Assembly: GCA_965204375.1 (NCBI GenBank) | Contig: OZ241986.1 | Span: 160,001 to 224,000, forward strand | Direction: 5' to 3' | Length of the DNA: 64,000 nucleotides | DNA from: Candidatus Latescibacterota bacterium | Lineage (GTDB): Bacteria; Latescibacterota; UBA2968 | Part shown: piece after piece, positions 1-11,824 of the stretch | Layout: every line of letters starts with the position of its first letter | How positions within the stretch are numbered: the stretch's first letter is position 1 | Made by a program: the position numbers and the translations under genes | Notes under the pieces: model-generated | Told to the model about the DNA's origin: nothing | Databases searched by the model: none | What the model saw: the letters and a program-made list of their open reading frames with translations, nothing else

Positions 1-648
1 CGTCGTGAACGGCCCCGCGAGATGCAAATTTCCGATTGGATCGATGTGCTTCGCCTGAAAATAAATAGTACAGCTCTCTGGTGGCAGGTTGTCTTTCTTG
101 TCGTGTGCTATTTTGGTCTTACCAGAGGTAACAGTATTTTTTCGTCTTATATCAATCTCACCTATCTCGGCGACTACCTCGGTGCAGGCGGTGGTGCGCC
201 TCCCGAAATCAACAGCTATTTTCCCGCATTTGGTGAACTCATCGACGAAGTTAACGGTATGCTCATAGCTCCTTTTGCCATTCTGGGTATTCTGTTTGTC
301 TTTTGGCGCGTGATAGGCAAGATAAATCTACTGATTCTCGGCGTAGTGCTCGTCCTCCTTTTTCAATATGTGGCCTCACCAGCGAAAGATTTTTATCACG
401 CAGGCATTCTTCTCGCCAAAAGCATTCCATATTGGGTGATTATGGCGTTCCTCATTTTGAAGTATATCCGCTTCAATCTGCTCTTTTATGCCGTGATGAC
501 CTGGTGTTCAATTATTTTTGTCGGCATTCGCTATCTCAAATACGATCCCAGTATTTATCAGGTCAATGGGATTCTCATGGTTCTCTTTGGCCTCGTTCCT
601 CTCATTCTTGCCGTTCTCGCATGGTACAAAGCGCGATCCTCGGTGTAG
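1..648 (+). CDS. C-terminal part of a multi-pass membrane protein (5'-truncated by window edge)
   Basis: Frame is open from base 1 to TAG at 646-648; several hydrophobic segments; no recognisable family motif. Confidence 0.6.
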   Translation, partial: RRERPREMQISDWIDVLRLKINSTALWWQVVFLVVCYFGLTRGNSIFSSYINLTYLGDYLGAGGGAPPEINSYFPAFGELIDEVNGMLIAPFAILGILFVFWRVIGKINLLILGVVLVLLFQYVASPAKDFYHAGILLAKSIPYWVIMAFLILKYIRFNLLFYAVMTWCSIIFVGIRYLKYDPSIYQVNGILMVLFGLVPLILAVLAWYKARSSV

Positions 649-651
649 GAG

Positions 652-1872
652 GTGTCTGTGACCCCTATCCGCACGGCATGGCCGACTTCGGTAGCGGAGG
701 AGGCTTACTGGCAGTCGATTCGCAAGCAGTATATGATTGCGCCGGATGAAGTTTATCTCAATACTGGCTCTTTTGGTTCACAGCCCAGGCCCGTGTTTGA
801 GAAGATGTTGGAAATATTGGAGGATGTTGAACGCAACCCTACGCGACATCGGGCGGAATACAACAGCGTTGTAGATAACTCTCGCGCTCATCTGGCAGCG
901 TTTATCAATGCGCCGGCAGAGGATATCGCTTTTGCCACCAATGTTACTATGGCTATCAACATGGTGGTGCATGGGCTGGATTGGCGTCCTGGCGATGAAA
1001 TCCTGGCTTCAAATCAGGAGTACGGCGCGATTGACAACTGCTTGCACCTGGCTGAGCGCCGCTATGGCGTGGTGGTCAAGCGCGCCCAAATCCCCATTCC
1101 TCCCGATCATCCTGAAGATATACTGAATGCTTTTGAAAGTGAATTTACAGGTCGCACCAGACTGGTTTTTTGCAGCCATATCACCACTCGTACAGGTTTG
1201 ATCACTCCGATTAGAGCACTGGCCCAACTGGCCCACGACCGCGGTGCGCTGATTGCAGTAGATGGCGCGCACGCTCCTGGGATGATCCCGCTGAACTTGC
1301 GGGATCTCGGTTGCGATTTTTACGGCGGCAATTGTCACAAATGGCTCTGTGCGCCCAAAGGCACGGGTTTTCTTTATGCTTCATCTTCAATGCAAGAACG
1401 ACTCAATCACGTTGTTGTGAGTTGGGGATATAGCCAGGAAGGCGCGAGGAGGGGGGCAGACGGCATTTTGCGGATCAATGACCGTCCGTTTATGTGGGGT
1501 ATTGAGAATTGGGGTACCCGGGATCAGGCCTGTTTTGCAGCGGTGAGCGCAGCGGTTGAATTTCAAGAGGCGGTTGGCAAAAAGCGGATTCGGGAACGGG
1601 GGCAGCAACTGGCGGCGTACTTGCGGGATCGTTTGGCTGCAACTGGTTGGGCAAAACTGCTTACGCCTTCCGTGCCCGATCTATCTGGATCGATCTCGGC
1701 TTTCCATCTTTCCGGATTCGACGATCTGGATCTTTATGAGCGATACCGGATTACTGTGCCGACTGCAAAGCGCGATGACGTTTACTGGATTCGCGTTTCT
1801 ACCCATATCTGCAATGGCTTTGACCATGTAGATCGTTTGATAGATGCTTTATACGAACAAAAAAATAAATGA
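652..1872 (+). CDS. Class V PLP-dependent aminotransferase (isopenicillin N epimerase/cysteine desulfhydrase-like)
   Basis: YLNTGSFG, VDGAHAPG, GNCHKWLCAPKGTGFLY (PLP lysine), IRVSTH. AGGAGG at 647-652 favours GTG at 658 as the start. Confidence 0.85.
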   Translation: MSVTPIRTAWPTSVAEEAYWQSIRKQYMIAPDEVYLNTGSFGSQPRPVFEKMLEILEDVERNPTRHRAEYNSVVDNSRAHLAAFINAPAEDIAFATNVTMAINMVVHGLDWRPGDEILASNQEYGAIDNCLHLAERRYGVVVKRAQIPIPPDHPEDILNAFESEFTGRTRLVFCSHITTRTGLITPIRALAQLAHDRGALIAVDGAHAPGMIPLNLRDLGCDFYGGNCHKWLCAPKGTGFLYASSSMQERLNHVVVSWGYSQEGARRGADGILRINDRPFMWGIENWGTRDQACFAAVSAAVEFQEAVGKKRIRERGQQLAAYLRDRLAATGWAKLLTPSVPDLSGSISAFHLSGFDDLDLYERYRITVPTAKRDDVYWIRVSTHICNGFDHVDRLIDALYEQKNK

Positions 1873-1893
1873 ATTTAGTTGCTTTTATGATAA

Positions 1894-3450
<1,557 letters not shown>

Positions 3451-3472
3451 GTTATCTGTTTTAGTACATGAC

Positions 3473-3510
3473 AAAGCGCTGTGCAGAAGTGTTCTGCACA
3501 GCGCTTTTTT
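3473..3510. terminator. Bidirectional intrinsic terminator between convergent ilvC and RND genes
   Basis: AAAGCGCTGTGCAGAA-gtg-TTCTGCACAGCGCTTTTTT perfect stem with T tail. Confidence 0.85.
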
Positions 3511-3525
3511 ATATGTTGATGCGAT

Positions 3526-6500
3526 TCAGGCTCTTTTTGCCACGGCTACAATCCGCTTTGTATATCCCGACAGGTCGTCCATGAGCGAATATATGGTGGG
3601 CAAGATGACGAGCGTGAGGATGGTAGAGATCGAGAGACCAGAAATAATGACCAGCCCAATTGGTCCCCAACGTCTGGCATTGCCTTCGACATTGCCGTAA
3701 ATCATCGGAATAACCAGCGGCGTAAGCCCCAGGATGGTCGTGGTTGCAGTCATCAATATGGGACGCAGGCGATCTTGTCCGCCGCGCAAGATCGCATCTC
3801 TGCGATATAGCCCCTGTTTGCGATAGCGATTGATGTGGTCGATTAATACAATGCCGTTGTTGACCACAATGCCAAATAAAATGAGCAACCCATAAGTCGC
3901 ATTGCTATCCAGCGCAATACCGAATATGTAAAGTCCCAATGCGACACCTATAAACGCAAAACTGATCGAAAACATGATGGTAAATGGATGGATGTACGAT
4001 TCAAATAGCGATGCCATGATCAGATAAATGAGCAGTGCTGCGAAAATCATAGTGAAATTTGTTTCACCCTCTTCTGAAGCCATATAGCGGAAGCGTCGAT
4101 CCATCTGCCAACTATACCCCTGGGGCAATGGGATGGCATCCATGCGATCGCGCATTTCATAACCGACCGTTTGGACTTCCGATGCTTCCGTATTCGCGAA
4201 CACGGTTACGGTTGACATTCGGTCCTGACGCTCGATGGATCGGGGACCTTTGGTCAATTCAAAATCGGCCAGGCTGGCAAATGAAATCATAGTGCCGCGG
4301 TTGTTTTCAAAGGAGAGGGTCTTGAGTTGATCCAGCGTGGCGCGATCCTCTTCTCGCAATTGTAGCGCGATATCTATTTCTCCATCCGGCGTTTTGAATT
4401 TGCTATTTCCGCGTGCTCCCAATGCCGTGGCAACAGTTGTAGCTATTTGCTGCGGTGACAGGCCGTATTGTTGCGCGCGTTCTCTCCTCACTGAGACCCT
4501 GATTTCTTCTGTTCCACTTTCCAGGCTGGTTTCCACGTCGTGAATGCCCTCAATATCGTCCATTCGCAGTCGAATATCTTCGGCCAGGATCGCCAGAACT
4601 TCGGGATTTCGCCCTTTGACTTCTACCCCGACGCCCGTGCCACTGCTACCACCTCGCCTGAAGCCCGCCTTAAAACGCACGCCCGGGATGTCTTTGGGCA
4701 GCAAAGCACTTACCTTTTTTTTCACATCGTCTGTGCTCAACGGGCTTTCTTCGACGGGTTTTAGGTACAAATAAATCGTATTGCCGCGTCGGGTGCTAAA
4801 TCGCGTTTTTATCGCTTCGATATCCAATTCTTCCTTTTGCGGGAGGAGAATGGCTTCGATTTGTTTGAAAAGCGCGAGTGCGTCGTCGATATCGTAAGTT
4901 CGCGGCATTTCCACCATATAGCCCACCATGCGGTCGGGTTGATAGCGATAGCGCTGTACTTCAATTTTGGTAAAAATGTATATGCCGCCGAATAGGATAA
5001 ATATAGCGACGACAACGGTGGTCCAGCGATAGTGCAGAGTTGTGCTAATTACGCGCGTGTAAACACCTTTGAGACCAAGATGCCGAAAGCGAAAATAGAG
5101 ATAGCCAGTTGTGGTGAGAAATACCCCCAGCGCGATCCACACGGCTATTGGCACGGTTGAAAGCCCGCCCAAAATCCACAGCGTATTATCTTTGAGCCAG
5201 TTGGCCGATTCGACAATGCCCTCTTGGTAAATGAGATACGCCGCGCATGTGGCAAATAAAGTGCCCAATCCAATTTTTAAGAAGAGATCAACGCGAGTAC
5301 CCGCATTTGAAAATGCCCGGGAGCAGGCCAGGGGTATGAGTGTTAAAGCCACGCATAGTGCGGCTACGACTGCAATGCACACGGTGATGGCAAAATCGCG
5401 CATCCACATTGTATTGTACGAGCCAGAAATAAAGATGAGGGGTACAAATACACATATTGTCGTCAGTGCCGCCGCCAGTACGGGTATGCCGATTTCGCGG
5501 CTGCCCTCAATTGCTGCGGTTCGCGTGCCATCGCCTACATCAAAACGCCTGCGGTAAATATTTTCCAGAGCCACGACCGCTGGATCGACCAGCATCCCAA
5601 TGGCGACCATCAGCCCCATCATCGAGATCATGTTCAGCGTGATAGTCGATCCAAACACTTGCCGCATCAGATACATGATCATAAAAACGCACAATACCGA
5701 AATGGGAATGGCGGACCCCACAATGAGCGTGCTGCGGAAGTTTCGCAAAAACACAAAAATGATGCCAATAGCCAGCATACCTCCCAACATGGCGGATTGC
5801 CCCAGACTGGCGATGCCCCTCACCACTGCTTCTGATTGGTCTCGGCGCAAGTGCAATCGCAATTTGTCGCGCCCAATTTCATCTTGAAGAGCGTCTAACT
5901 CTGCCCGGACCAGTCGGCAGGTTTCTACCAGATTGGCTGTCGAGGTCTTGCGAATTTCCATAGAGACCACATCGCGCCCGTCCATGCGTTCAAAATATCG
6001 CTTTTCCGGATAGTCGTAACTCACCTGCGCCACATCTTCCATATTCAGACCATTGGGAAGTGTGAGGTCGCGAATTTGATCTACATTTTCAAATTCGCCC
6101 ACTGCCCGAACCGCGAGGCGTTTGTCGCCTTCTGTGACATAACCGCCAGAAATATTGATGTTGTTGGAGCGTATCGTTCTGTTGAGGGTGCGAATGTCCA
6201 GGCCATAGGCATGCATGCGATTTTTATCGACATCGACTCTGAGTATTCTTTCGTCGGCACCTTCCATTTCGACATTGCCCACCCCGGGGATGCGTTGCAA
6301 GCGCGGCAAAATCGTGTTTTTATATACTGTGACGAGTTCAGATTGATTATCGCCCAGCCAGATCATATTGTAGTCCAGAATTTCCCAATCCGACGAGTCC
6401 CATCTGCGCATCTCAATGCGTTCGAGGTCTTCGGGAAGCCTGCCGCGAACTTGATCTATGCGATCTCGTACCTGAATAGATTTGAGATCCATATCGGTAC

Positions 6501-6792
6501 CGTAGTCAAATTCCATGAACACATAACCCCGACTGTCATAGGATCGCGCGCGGAGTGATTCAACGCCGGGAATCGTGCCCAGCATCTCTTCGATTGGTTT
6601 GGTAATTTCCTTTTGGATCTCTTCGGGCGATGACGAGGGATATGTATAGCTCACATACATTCTGGGATACTGCAAGTCGGGCGCGTATTCGAGCGGCAAT
6701 CTGAATAGGGAAATAAAACCCATGACTATGAGACTGAGCGCTATCATTACAGCAGTAATGGGTTTGTTGATCGCGTATTCCGAGAGTTTCAT
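3526..6792 (-). CDS. RND efflux transporter permease (AcrB/AcrD/AcrF family)
   Basis: 1088 aa; N-terminal TM, GMLVDPAVVALENIYR, GIVVNNGIVLID, RLRPILMTATTTILGLTP. Confidence 0.92.
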   Translation of the reverse strand: MKLSEYAINKPITAVMIALSLIVMGFISLFRLPLEYAPDLQYPRMYVSYTYPSSSPEEIQKEITKPIEEMLGTIPGVESLRARSYDSRGYVFMEFDYGTDMDLKSIQVRDRIDQVRGRLPEDLERIEMRRWDSSDWEILDYNMIWLGDNQSELVTVYKNTILPRLQRIPGVGNVEMEGADERILRVDVDKNRMHAYGLDIRTLNRTIRSNNINISGGYVTEGDKRLAVRAVGEFENVDQIRDLTLPNGLNMEDVAQVSYDYPEKRYFERMDGRDVVSMEIRKTSTANLVETCRLVRAELDALQDEIGRDKLRLHLRRDQSEAVVRGIASLGQSAMLGGMLAIGIIFVFLRNFRSTLIVGSAIPISVLCVFMIMYLMRQVFGSTITLNMISMMGLMVAIGMLVDPAVVALENIYRRRFDVGDGTRTAAIEGSREIGIPVLAAALTTICVFVPLIFISGSYNTMWMRDFAITVCIAVVAALCVALTLIPLACSRAFSNAGTRVDLFLKIGLGTLFATCAAYLIYQEGIVESANWLKDNTLWILGGLSTVPIAVWIALGVFLTTTGYLYFRFRHLGLKGVYTRVISTTLHYRWTTVVVAIFILFGGIYIFTKIEVQRYRYQPDRMVGYMVEMPRTYDIDDALALFKQIEAILLPQKEELDIEAIKTRFSTRRGNTIYLYLKPVEESPLSTDDVKKKVSALLPKDIPGVRFKAGFRRGGSSGTGVGVEVKGRNPEVLAILAEDIRLRMDDIEGIHDVETSLESGTEEIRVSVRRERAQQYGLSPQQIATTVATALGARGNSKFKTPDGEIDIALQLREEDRATLDQLKTLSFENNRGTMISFASLADFELTKGPRSIERQDRMSTVTVFANTEASEVQTVGYEMRDRMDAIPLPQGYSWQMDRRFRYMASEEGETNFTMIFAALLIYLIMASLFESYIHPFTIMFSISFAFIGVALGLYIFGIALDSNATYGLLILFGIVVNNGIVLIDHINRYRKQGLYRRDAILRGGQDRLRPILMTATTTILGLTPLVIPMIYGNVEGNARRWGPIGLVIISGLSISTILTLVILPTIYSLMDDLSGYTKRIVAVAKRA

Positions 6793-7056
6793 AAACAGAC
6801 CTCAAAAGGGCGAAAAATGAAGGTTGAAGTGAGAAGTGAGATGCGAATTTCAGTATCATCCATCAGCGGCTGAGACTGATTTCGCTAAGTAACCATTTAC
6901 TTACTTACGGTTAATATACCACATTTCACCACAAAAGCAACCACAGTTTTTTAAAAATTTCACCGTTACAGAAAAGACTTGCGATTTTGCTTCAATAGAT
7001 ATTTCATGCTGAAGTCTGGAGCATAATCACACATTTACTTTCCAAAGGAGACTTCC

Positions 7057-7938
7057 ATGGGCAATCGCGTCAATCGCGCAGTTGAGTTGCTTTCACAAGA
7101 TCAACCGATCTATTACACAGGTGCACACACAGGGCATGTGCTTACGTTTGAACAGGGACAGAATGACGCCAGTACCTGGGCGGATTATATCAATGTGGGT
7201 ATGGAACACGGGGCTTTTAATCTGGGAGGGCTTGACGATTATATGCGCGGCCTGGTCAGCGGGGGACCTACTAATAGTGGGCACAGGACGCCCGCTGTTA
7301 TTGTTGAAGCTCCGGTGGAGGGCGCGTCGGAAAATATTGTGCGCTATAATGCCTGGCAATTTCGGCAGATTCTCGCGCGCGGTGTACACGGCGTGTTGCT
7401 CTGTCAGGCGGAATCGCCCGATGCGATACGCGCTTTTGTCGAATCGTGTCGCTATCCCATTAACAGAATTGGTGTTGGACACGGCCTCAGTACAGGTACG
7501 CGAGGCGTAGGGTCCGAGTCGTCGGCAACAGCGATATGGGGTGTTAGCCGCGATGAGTATATCCAGAAGGCCGATCCCTATCCGCTGAATCCCGATGGCG
7601 AGTTGCTGTTGGGCATCAAGATTGAGAATGTGCGCGGCGCATCTAATATCGAACAGATTCTCAAGGTGCCAGGCATTGGGTTTGCCGAAATGGGACCGGG
7701 TGATTTGAGTATGTCGATGGGGTATTTGCACCGTCCAACGCCTTTTTCTCCCGAAATGCAAGAGGTGAGGGATCGCGTGAAGGCCGCGTGTGCAGAAAAT
7801 GGCGTTGCTTTTCTCGAGGGGGGTAGTCCCGAGACGGTTGCGGCAAAAATAGACGAGGGCGTGCGCGTGGTTTCTGGGGGCAGGGAAGAGATCGCGCGTA
7901 TTGGACGCGAATATTCAGGTCGTCGCATGCCGGTTTAG
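7057..7938 (+). CDS. HpcH/HpaI aldolase/citrate lyase family protein
   Basis: MEHG, QILARGVHGVLL, CRYP, KIEN, GPGDLSMSMG; AAGGAG RBS. Confidence 0.8.
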   Translation: MGNRVNRAVELLSQDQPIYYTGAHTGHVLTFEQGQNDASTWADYINVGMEHGAFNLGGLDDYMRGLVSGGPTNSGHRTPAVIVEAPVEGASENIVRYNAWQFRQILARGVHGVLLCQAESPDAIRAFVESCRYPINRIGVGHGLSTGTRGVGSESSATAIWGVSRDEYIQKADPYPLNPDGELLLGIKIENVRGASNIEQILKVPGIGFAEMGPGDLSMSMGYLHRPTPFSPEMQEVRDRVKAACAENGVAFLEGGSPETVAAKIDEGVRVVSGGREEIARIGREYSGRRMPV

Positions 7939-7947
7939 TTAAAAAAT

Positions 7948-7974
7948 AGGGCTGTGCGATGTTTGCACAGCCCT
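7948..7974. terminator. Hairpin between convergent genes, probable terminator
   Basis: AGGGCTGTGC-gatgttt-GCACAGCCCT preceded by an A-run (T tail on the minus strand). Confidence 0.6.
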
Positions 7975-8001
7975 GGAGGTTCGATTTAATTTAATACGCG
8001 C

Positions 8002-8475
8002 TTAAAATGGATTGCCCTGGCGGGCCAGCTCAAATTTTCGCCAGCCGACTTGTTTGTCATTTTCGAATACTTTTTGTATGACGTAAAAGGAGGACGGATC
8101 GTATTCTCGCCAGACGCCCGTTTTCTTTCCCTCCAGATATCGGCCTTCTTCTTTTTTTACACCGTTTCTAAAATAAGATATCCAATGCCCGTCTTTTAAA
8201 CCATTTGTCCAGTTGCCTTCTGTTTTTTTCTGTCCATTGCTGTAAAATGTGATTTCAAGCCCGTCTTGCATGACGCCATTTTTGTATGTACCCTGCCCGC
8301 GCACGTTGCCCGCGGCATCGTAATATGTCCAAACTCCAGCGCGGGCACCACTGTCGTATTGCCCTTCTGCCAGTACGCGGCCGTATTGTTTTATTTGTGT
8401 CTGTCCTTCAAATAGCGCGGGCATCTGACACCCGGCTGTGAGGATTCCCACGAGAAGAATTAAAACTCTGATCAT
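8002..8475 (-). CDS. Lipoprotein with MORN-variant repeats (YwqK-like)
   Basis: Lipobox LTAGC; repeated YxxNGxKKxEGxY/WxxGxKxGxW units. Confidence 0.75.
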   Translation of the reverse strand: MIRVLILLVGILTAGCQMPALFEGQTQIKQYGRVLAEGQYDSGARAGVWTYYDAAGNVRGQGTYKNGVMQDGLEITFYSNGQKKTEGNWTNGLKDGHWISYFRNGVKKEEGRYLEGKKTGVWREYDPSSFYVIQKVFENDKQVGWRKFELARQGNPF

Positions 8476-8614
8476 TTATTTTCTCCTGTGTTGTTCTTTG
8501 ATAAATATTTTGCTACAATAGAACTAATATACACAACTGTTTTCATAAGGCAAGATGAAATGATAAATGACTTGTTTAATACGTGCGCGTGCTGACTAAT
8601 ATCATACCAGATCT

Positions 8615-8673
8615 CAACCGCAAAGCGATTGTACTCAACGATCTCTTTATTGTCACAATCTTCTTCTCATTGT
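8615..8673. promoter_or_regulatory. Three tandem palindromic operator-like sites CAAY-N9-ATTG(T)
   Basis: CAACcgcaaagcgATTG 8615-8631, CAACgatctctttATTG 8636-8652, CAATcttcttctcATTG 8656-8672; 21/20-bp period, directly upstream of an XRE regulator. Confidence 0.7.
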
Positions 8674-8700
8674 AATTTTTTATAAAATAAAGAATCCAAT

Positions 8701-9426
8701 ATGTTACTCATCGAACTCGGTCAACGCCTTCGCGCTCAACGGGAACGCCTTGGCCTCAAGCAAAACGATATTGCCAATGCCCTGCAGGTAAGCCCACAGG
8801 CTGTCTCCAAGTGGGAAAGGGGTGAAAACGGTCCCGATATTGCCACTTTGGGACCGCTTGCCAGATTGCTCGGCGTTTCCACGGACTGGCTTTTGGATGC
8901 ACATAGCGAAAATCAAGATGTTTTTGATGCTACTATCTTCACCTCTACAGTTGTCGGTGCATACCAAAAATCATTGCAAATGGAAGCGCGGGAGTTTGCA
9001 GCCTGGGCAAATGGTATTTTGTTTCAACTGACCGAAGCTGTTTTGCGCCACGATGGCGTTCCGCTCAGATATATGGGAGACGCATTTTTGTGTTTTTTTT
9101 CTGGCGTTCACCATCAGCTTCGCGCTGTTCAGGCAGCGGCATTTTCTCAGCGGCTCATCAGTGAGGACCTGGTCATCGGCTTGAGTAGCGGTGAGATTTA
9201 TTTGGGCGCAATGGGGCATCCCGATTACGCCCATCCCGATGTGACAGGCGAAGTGGTCAACATCGCATTTATTGTCCGAGAATGGGCAGAAACAAATGTC
9301 CGCAAAGGAATTGCAGCAACGACATCCGTATTGAACAATCTCGATGAAGTTTTTGATATTTCCCAACCCACAGAAATCAATTTTCGCGGCATCAAAACGC
9401 CCATCTCACTGGTCAGAATCAGATAG
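8701..9426 (+). CDS. XRE-family HTH regulator fused to a degenerate class III adenylate/guanylate cyclase-like domain
   Basis: LRAQRERLGLKQNDIANALQVSPQAVSKWERGENGPD (HTH_3). C-terminal part has RYMGDAFLCFF, IGLSSGEIYLG and GEVVNIA cyclase motifs. Confidence 0.85.
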   Translation: MLLIELGQRLRAQRERLGLKQNDIANALQVSPQAVSKWERGENGPDIATLGPLARLLGVSTDWLLDAHSENQDVFDATIFTSTVVGAYQKSLQMEAREFAAWANGILFQLTEAVLRHDGVPLRYMGDAFLCFFSGVHHQLRAVQAAAFSQRLISEDLVIGLSSGEIYLGAMGHPDYAHPDVTGEVVNIAFIVREWAETNVRKGIAATTSVLNNLDEVFDISQPTEINFRGIKTPISLVRIR

Positions 9427-9469
9427 GGCGTTCCCTGCCGCGTATGCCAACCGAGAGAAAGGATAAAAT

Positions 9470-10921
9470 ATGGCCGATATAGTGTTACCCGATAGCGCGA
9501 CTGATATTCAAATTCCCGATTATTCGCATCTGCCCTATAAAGTCGCCGATATGTCTCAGGCAGATTTTGGACGGAAAGAGATTACAATTGCCGAGCGCGA
9601 AATGCCCGGGTTGATGGCTGTGCGCGAAAAATACGCAGATCAGAAACCTCTGAAAGGTGCCCGCATAATGGGATCTCTGCACATGACGATTCAGACGGCT
9701 GTGTTGATCGAGTCGCTCAAAGTGCTGGGGGCCGATGTGCGCTGGGCGTCGTGTAATATTTTTTCTACGCAGGATCACGCCGCTGCCGCTATTGCGGAAA
9801 CAGGTACGCCGGTTTATGCATGGAAGGGCGAGTCGCTGGAAGAATACTGGGAATGCACTTTGCAGGCACTCAATTTTGTGGAGGGTGGACCGACACTTAT
9901 TGTCGATGATGGAGGGGATGCGACGCTGCTGGTCCATCGGGGGTATCAGGCGGAAGATGACTCCTCGATTCTCGATGAGCCGACTGATAATCGCGAATTG
10001 GAGATTGTCAATGCCGTGCTCAGGCGGCAACTCGAACGCAATCCGCGTTTTTGGCACAATATGGCCGCTGATATTCAAGGAGTTTCAGAGGAGACCACAA
10101 CGGGAGTTCACCGCCTGTATCAGATGCGGGATGAGGGCAAGCTTCTCTTTCCCGCGATCAATGTCAACGATTCGGTGACCAAATCGAAATTCGATAATCT
10201 CTATGGCTGCCGCGAGTCACTCGCCGATGGTATTAAGCGCGCGACAGATGTTATGGTCGCCGGAAAGGTCGTTTGTGTGTGTGGTTATGGCGATGTGGGT
10301 AAGGGGTGTGCCCAATCTATGCGGGGATTTGGTGCGCGCGTGTTGGTGACGGAAATTGATCCGATATGCGCCTTACAAGCGGCAATGGAGGGGTTTGAAG
10401 TGACGACTGTGGAAGATGCTCTTTCCGAAGCCAATATTTTTGTGACGACGACGGGCAATACGGATATTATTCGCATTGAGCACATGGAAAATATGCTCGA
10501 CCAATCCATTGTGTGCAATATCGGGCATTTTGACAATGAAATTCAGGTCGATAAGCTGGGTGATTACCCGGGTATTGTGCACGAAAATATCAAGCCGCAG
10601 GTCGATAAATACACGTTTCCAGATGGGCGTGCGATCTTTTTGCTCGCAGAAGGCCGTCTGGTCAATCTCGGCTGTGCGACCGGGCATCCTTCTTTTGTGA
10701 TGTCCAATTCGTTTACCAATCAGGTGCTGGCGCAGATGGACCTGTGGGTACAGCAGCGCGAAATTGGCGTTTATACCCTGCCCAAACACCTCGATGAGGA
10801 GGTCGCGCGGCTCCACCTCGAAAAACTCGGTGTAAAGTTGACCGAACTCACGCAGAAACAGGCCGATTATATTGGCGTGTCCGTCGAAGGTCCGTATAAA
10901 CCCGATCATTATCGGTATTGA
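9470..10921 (+). CDS. ahcY: S-adenosylhomocysteine hydrolase
   Basis: [69 protein letters not shown]. Confidence 0.97.
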   Translation: MADIVLPDSATDIQIPDYSHLPYKVADMSQADFGRKEITIAEREMPGLMAVREKYADQKPLKGARIMGSLHMTIQTAVLIESLKVLGADVRWASCNIFSTQDHAAAAIAETGTPVYAWKGESLEEYWECTLQALNFVEGGPTLIVDDGGDATLLVHRGYQAEDDSSILDEPTDNRELEIVNAVLRRQLERNPRFWHNMAADIQGVSEETTTGVHRLYQMRDEGKLLFPAINVNDSVTKSKFDNLYGCRESLADGIKRATDVMVAGKVVCVCGYGDVGKGCAQSMRGFGARVLVTEIDPICALQAAMEGFEVTTVEDALSEANIFVTTTGNTDIIRIEHMENMLDQSIVCNIGHFDNEIQVDKLGDYPGIVHENIKPQVDKYTFPDGRAIFLLAEGRLVNLGCATGHPSFVMSNSFTNQVLAQMDLWVQQREIGVYTLPKHLDEEVARLHLEKLGVKLTELTQKQADYIGVSVEGPYKPDHYRY

Positions 10922-10945
10922 TGATAGGGGATTTGCTACTTTTTT

Positions 10946-11824
10946 ATGCGATTTTTAGACTATTTTACCGGCAATCAACCGGTCATTTCCTTTGAGATTT
11001 ATCCGCCGCAGACGCAGGGTGGTATGCGCGCCCTCAAAGCGCGGGTTGTGCCCAATTTGCTCAAGCTGAATCCCAGTTATATGACGGTTACGTATGGCGC
11101 GGGTGGTTCTACCCGCGTCAAAACGCTGGAGATTGCCTCGCTTATCCAGAACGAATTTGGTCTGACTGCAGCGTGTCATCTCACCTGTGTGGGGTCGTCC
11201 CGAACGGATATCGATGATATTCTGAAGGCGATTCGCACAGAGGGTATTCGCAATATTGTCGCGCTTCGCGGCGATCCACCCCGTGGCGAAGATACTTTTG
11301 TGCCAGCGAAGGATGGATTTGCATACGGCAATGAGCTTGTGGCGCATATTCGCAGTACAGAACCGAAAGACGATGGGTTTGGGTTGGCTGTTGCGGGATA
11401 TCCCGAGAAACACCTCGAAGCACCCGATTTTGATACGGATATTGCAAATTTGAAGCGCAAGGTCGAGTCAGGTGGGGATATTGTTATTACGCAGCTTTTT
11501 TATAATAACGATTATTTTTTTCGCTTTGTCGATCGCGTGCGCGCAGCCAATATTACAGCACCTGTTGTTCCGGGTTTGATGCCGATTCTCTCGGCAGGGC
11601 AGATTCAGCGCATCGCGTCTTTGTGCGGGTCTGAGATTCCGGAGGATTTGCAGGATCAACTCAAGGGGGCTGTGGATGATGAAGACAAGGCGATGAAGAT
11701 CGGTATTGATCAGTGCATTGGACAAGCAACCGAATTGCTCGAACAGGGCGTGCCGGGGATTCACTTTTACGTGCTGAATAAATCAACTCACATGCGCCGG
11801 ATTATCAGTGCGCTTCCTCTCTAA
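10946..11824 (+). CDS. metF: 5,10-methylenetetrahydrofolate reductase
   Basis: SFEIYPP, VTYGAGGS, HLTCVG, ALRGDPP, AGYPEKH, ITQLFY, HFYVLN. Confidence 0.95.
   Translation: MRFLDYFTGNQPVISFEIYPPQTQGGMRALKARVVPNLLKLNPSYMTVTYGAGGSTRVKTLEIASLIQNEFGLTAACHLTCVGSSRTDIDDILKAIRTEGIRNIVALRGDPPRGEDTFVPAKDGFAYGNELVAHIRSTEPKDDGFGLAVAGYPEKHLEAPDFDTDIANLKRKVESGGDIVITQLFYNNDYFFRFVDRVRAANITAPVVPGLMPILSAGQIQRIASLCGSEIPEDLQDQLKGAVDDEDKAMKIGIDQCIGQATELLEQGVPGIHFYVLNKSTHMRRIISALPL

Noticed and set aside
9427-9469. SAH/SAM riboswitch upstream of ahcY
   Set aside because: The gap is only 43 bp and shows no recognisable aptamer.
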